Assembly: GCF_902150065.1 (NCBI RefSeq)
Contig: NC_043987.1
Span: 1,561,386-1,625,385, forward strand
DNA from: Myripristis murdjan
Taxonomy: Eukaryota
Direction of reading: 5' to 3'
DNA: 64,000 bases
Shown here: piece after piece, positions 60,041-64,000 of the stretch
Position numbering within the stretch: position 1 is the first letter of the stretch
Layout of the letters: every line of letters starts with the position of its first letter
The notes under the pieces: generated by a model
What the model saw: the letters and a program-made list of their open reading frames with translations, nothing else
What the model was told of the DNA's origin: nothing
Database searches by the model: none
Program-made: the position numbers and the translations under genes

Positions 60041-60340
60041 CAGGGTTCCCATGTGTCCTGGAAAACCTGGAATGGACTGGTTTTCCAGTCATGGAAAACT
60101 AGCCATCTTTTACCATACTGTAGTGCCACATGTCAAAAACACACAATTGTGCAAAATCAACATATTTGTGTGCTGTCAGCCTCTTCTCAGCGTGTTCAGT
60201 TTTGAGCTGTTTGGCGACCTTGTCCAGTTTGAATCCTGCTGAGGTGACCTGTGAGCAACAGTGAACATGTATGGAAGTCACAGAATATGTCCTTGGAAAA
60301 ATCCTGGAAAATTACTTGGGGGAAAAGGGTGGGAACTCTG
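60041..60340. mobile_element. Second, shorter copy of the CAGGGTTCCCA..GTCCTGGAAAA TIR element
   Basis: Left end cagggttcccatgtgtcctggaaaacctggaatggactggttttccagtcatggaaaactagcc. Right end gtccttggaaaaatcctggaaaattacttgggggaaaagggtgggaactctg is its inverted counterpart. Shares termini with 2038-2902. Confidence 0.55.
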
Positions 60341-61539
60341 GAAATGGATAACAGTTGAGCAGGCAAACACATGGAAATGGACACTAAAGCATGAGTCCCC
60401 TGTCATCAGGATGTGTATTGGTGACTGTTTTTTAATGCTAACAGCTATAGGAATTCTGACTCCTTTTTGAGTGCTTATCCAAGTATCCTAAGTGACTATT
60501 CTGCAAAACAGAAAGATGCCAAATCAAGACCCGACAGCTCATTTATCTTTAATGCCAGAATGTGCAAGTTTGTAACTTTGTCTACTTTGTTCCTACCAGC
60601 TAATAGCAAATGATAATCCTAACAGGTGTTTACTGAACGCCATTTTACTGAAATTTCATTTTCTTCGATTTTTTTTTTCCCCTGCTGAACATAGCCCCAG
60701 CTCAACCTCCTCAGCCATGCCTTTCTGACCAAACCCAAGCAATGTGCAAGAGAAAAAAAAAAAAGCAAGTGATGGTGGGCTGACCGGGCAGGGGGGAGGA
60801 AAAGTAAGCAGCTTTGGAGTGTCATGCAGATCATGCTTGTCCTATTTTTATTACTTAATTTATTGAGTGTCTGTCTGAAGAGTGTATGTGCACCAATGCG
60901 TGTCTTTTTTTTTTTTTTTTTTTTAATTTTGTTGGCGTACACGGCCCTCTGCCCACAGTGATCTTGTTACCTCAAAACCAGTAGGGGTGGGAAAGGAGGG
61001 GTGTGGACCCCGGAGTGCGCGTGGGATGCGTGCATATCTATAGACTGAAATCCTCCTACCATGTACTGCAACGTCATTCCTTTGGATTCACTGACTGTTC
61101 TTTACCTCTTCAGTCACTCCTCGTCTTTTTGTTCCACCGTTGAGTGTTGGCCAAAGGGGAGACAAAAGGTTTTGAATGCAGATGGTAGGGAGCTTGTTGG
61201 TGAAATGCTGCTGTCTTTTTTTTTCTTTCTTTCTTTGGTTGTTGTATTAGTTCCTGTTCAGTTTAAGGCTCAGGTGTCCCATTGCAGACTATGAATTGTA
61301 CAAACCCACACGAGGGATGCACCAGTATCGATCCCAGTATGGAATATCAGGCCGATAGCTCGCTTGAAACGGCTAATGGAGCGGTATTGGATTTCACCTG
61401 ATACCAGATGACTTTCAGTTGCACCCATAGAAGAGTGTTGGTTCTCTCTATTGGTGCAAAATAGATTATACCTAGTGTTTTTGTTTTGTTTTGATTTGTT
61501 TTTGCTTTGTCAAGTGACCCCAAACAAATACATTAAAGT

Positions 61540-61700
61540 GATCATTTGGATTCTTAGCCATATAGTGGTATTGGCTGCTGTGTAATACATCCACCAAGTT
61601 TGGTCTAAAAACTCAATAAGAGCTTCGCCACGAGTGCACTGCTGCAAAATGAAGTAGAGGTGGACTGCAAAGCAACATGATTCAGAAAGGCAAAGCAAAA
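61540..61700. mobile_element. MITE family C partial copy
   Basis: tagccatatagtggtattggctgctgtgtaatacatccaccaag...gcactgctgcaaaatgaagtagaggtggactgcaaagcaacatgattcag resembles 36950-37100 and 55567-55700. Confidence 0.5.
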
Positions 61701-64000
61701 AAAATGTCTAAGGATACACAACATCATATGTTGGTCACTAAATCATTATTGATACTCTTTCCAGCCCCATTGCTCCCAAATTGTCAAAATTAATTTCTTT
61801 CAAAATGTGTAGCTGTATCACCATGCAGCAGCGCTCCGCTAGTTTCAATCCAAAGGTGGAGCCCAGTCCATTTAGGAGCGCTGTAGGTTGAATATGGCAG
61901 CTGTTTCAAGGCTTCTTCATTTCTGCTCCAAGTTGACTCTCGTTAAGCCCCACACCTCCACTTTACATGATTTTGGTACCGATGTCTTGGTGAGATCCAA
62001 GCATGATGTTACAAATCATCACTCGTCCATATTGTTATGTTGTAGCGTGAGCAGATTCACTTGATTTCTTTCAAAAAAGGTGATGCACAAATTAGCCCAA
62101 AAAAAAAAAAATCAATGAATAAAATACCAGAACGTTGGCCAAAAAAGGTGCCCATGAGCCAAACTTGGAGGGTGTATTTCACTCCCCTTGAGCAGCAAAC
62201 CTCACTAAATGGGTAACAGCCTGAAGTTTCACTTTGGGTCAGGGGCTCTGGACATTTTCATGGACCCTGCAGAGGCACACATGAGGGCCACAGCCCCAGG
62301 TTTAACATGTAGTCCAAGGGGCCCTTGTGGGGCCATTCCTGCTGCGCTATTGAATTGTTCTGCACTGAACACAGGTAGACAATAGTGGTGAGAGTGAAAC
62401 TATGATTATAAAAGTGATATATTCTGTAACTGAGATCATTTCTACTGAATTCATGTATAGTGAAGTTTAACCATTCCTCATATTGCTGGGAGTCCCCTCA
62501 AACCCCCTTAAGGACCCCTGCTGGTCCCTGGACCGCACTTTGAGCCTTTGGTCTGTTGTTTACCACAACAGTGCTTCACAGTTTAATAGAGCTATGGATC
62601 GACCAAAATTGTTTTTATTTATTTTTTTGTTTTTTTTTTCCCAAGATAGATGCTGATTACTAGTAATCCACAACAATAACCAATATTTAGGATTGATATT
62701 CCTTTGTAGTAAATTTGATATTTGCAGTGTCAAAATCTGCTGTATTAGAAACCAAAAAAAGATTAGCACAAAAAGCAATGAACAGAAGAAAACTATATTT
62801 ATGATTAAAATGATATATTTAAAGGTCAGATCAGTGCAGTGATGTTGGATGAGATTTTTGCAACCCATCCGTCTGTAAGGCGGATCTTTCTGGAGGAAGG
62901 CGTCGTCCAAGCGGCCGTCATATCAACATCATGTAAATCAAAGTTGTGATATCTATTATTGAACAATTCTGAATATTGGCCGGGACCGGCAATCGGTCAA
63001 TCCCTACTCAGAATCGGTAGCAGTGCATCCCTTAAACCCCAACAGGAAGAACCGCTGAGCATCACGGACCCCTCAGCCAACCAGCATGGGCCCTGGCACC
63101 AGGAGGCACTGGAGAGGTTGGAGTTCCCTCTTCCTGAAGCAGACTCTTGTACCCTGAAAACCTCACCCTGCCACCTTCTAGGAAGACGGAGGCCTCGTCA
63201 GCAGTTCAGCGCCAGCGTTGTCATCCCACCACTAGATGACACTGTAGGGACTTGAAAGAATACTGAACTTTGTATATGTGCATGTGTATATTTATTATCC
63301 CACAGAGAGCGTTTGGGTTTGAATGCCGTGCAATGGTTGAGTTGTCAGCAAACGTAAATTTTGTGTTTTTAATTTTATTTAATTCATTTTAGGAAGTGGT
63401 TTTATTCTGGAGTTTCTGTTGGGTGATCCCATCTTAGAACTTTTGTTTTTTTGTTTGTTTGTTTGTTTGTAGCGAGCCTTTCAGGTTAGGTAAGTTGTAA
63501 ATAGATGGCCTGTGTTTGGTCTTTCCTCCCTTCTCCCTTGCACTTACTTCACACATTAGTTGAGTGCATTTAGGATCTCTGTTGCATCTTCAGCTCTTGT
63601 CTGTTCAGTGTTTATCGCCATTAGACGTTGAAGTGGAAGCTGTGTAGAGCCGAGCAGGGTGGACAGACAACTGGTCATCTATAGAGGTTAGACATTTTTT
63701 CCCAGATATAAAAAGAAACTTGATATGTGTTTATTATGAATATGAAACCAATGTTGTTTTGGAAAAAAAAAAAGTTCTGTTTTTGTCATAACATTTTAGC
63801 AAAAGTTTTTGTTTTTTTGTTTTTTTGACTTGTGTTCCCAACAAATACTTGAATTTCTTAAAATGTTTAGAGTTGAAGTAGTGAATGATAAATAAATAGA
63901 CACTGGATAATATCCCTGTGCTCTGTGTTGTCATCACTTGAACATGTTTCACTTTGCCATCTGAAGCATCACCTTTTTTTTTTTCCCACGGCTAAGCCTT

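Noticed and set aside
62959-63255. 98-aa + strand ORF (MNNSEYWPGPAIGQ...)
   Set aside because: No recognisable homology. It lies downstream of the nlk stop in what is probably 3'UTR or intergenic sequence. No splice context.

Overview
This window is vertebrate nuclear DNA, almost certainly from a teleost fish, not a prokaryotic locus. Genes are split into small exons with GT-AG introns, and there are CpG-rich promoters, microsatellites, SINE/LINE/Tc1/hAT/MITE debris and long AT-rich introns. The six-frame ORF track is mostly noise here. Real coding content was recovered by recognising conserved protein segments and placing splice sites by eye.

Four protein-coding genes sit on the + strand:
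- The 3' part of a TAO kinase gene, best matching TAOK2 beta-type isoform: 6 exons, 2..8408.
- cdipt (phosphatidylinositol synthase), complete: 6 coding exons, 17589..22149.
- maz (MYC-associated zinc finger), complete: 7 coding exons, 26640..42277.
- A nemo-like kinase gene (nlk): 11 coding exons, 45626..59027.

taok2, cdipt and maz together correspond to the human 16p11.2 gene neighbourhood, but the genes that sit between them in human are absent. The spacers and introns hold many transposable-element copies: three MITE families, a hAT-like insertion with an 8-bp TSD, Tc1-like remnants, an interrupted LINE RT and a 2.3-kb long-TIR element. They also hold a 31-bp-unit minisatellite of about 600 bp. 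No rRNA, tRNA or CRISPR arrays were seen, and no prokaryote-style novel system is present. The notable observations are splice-isoform and repeat-structure curiosities.
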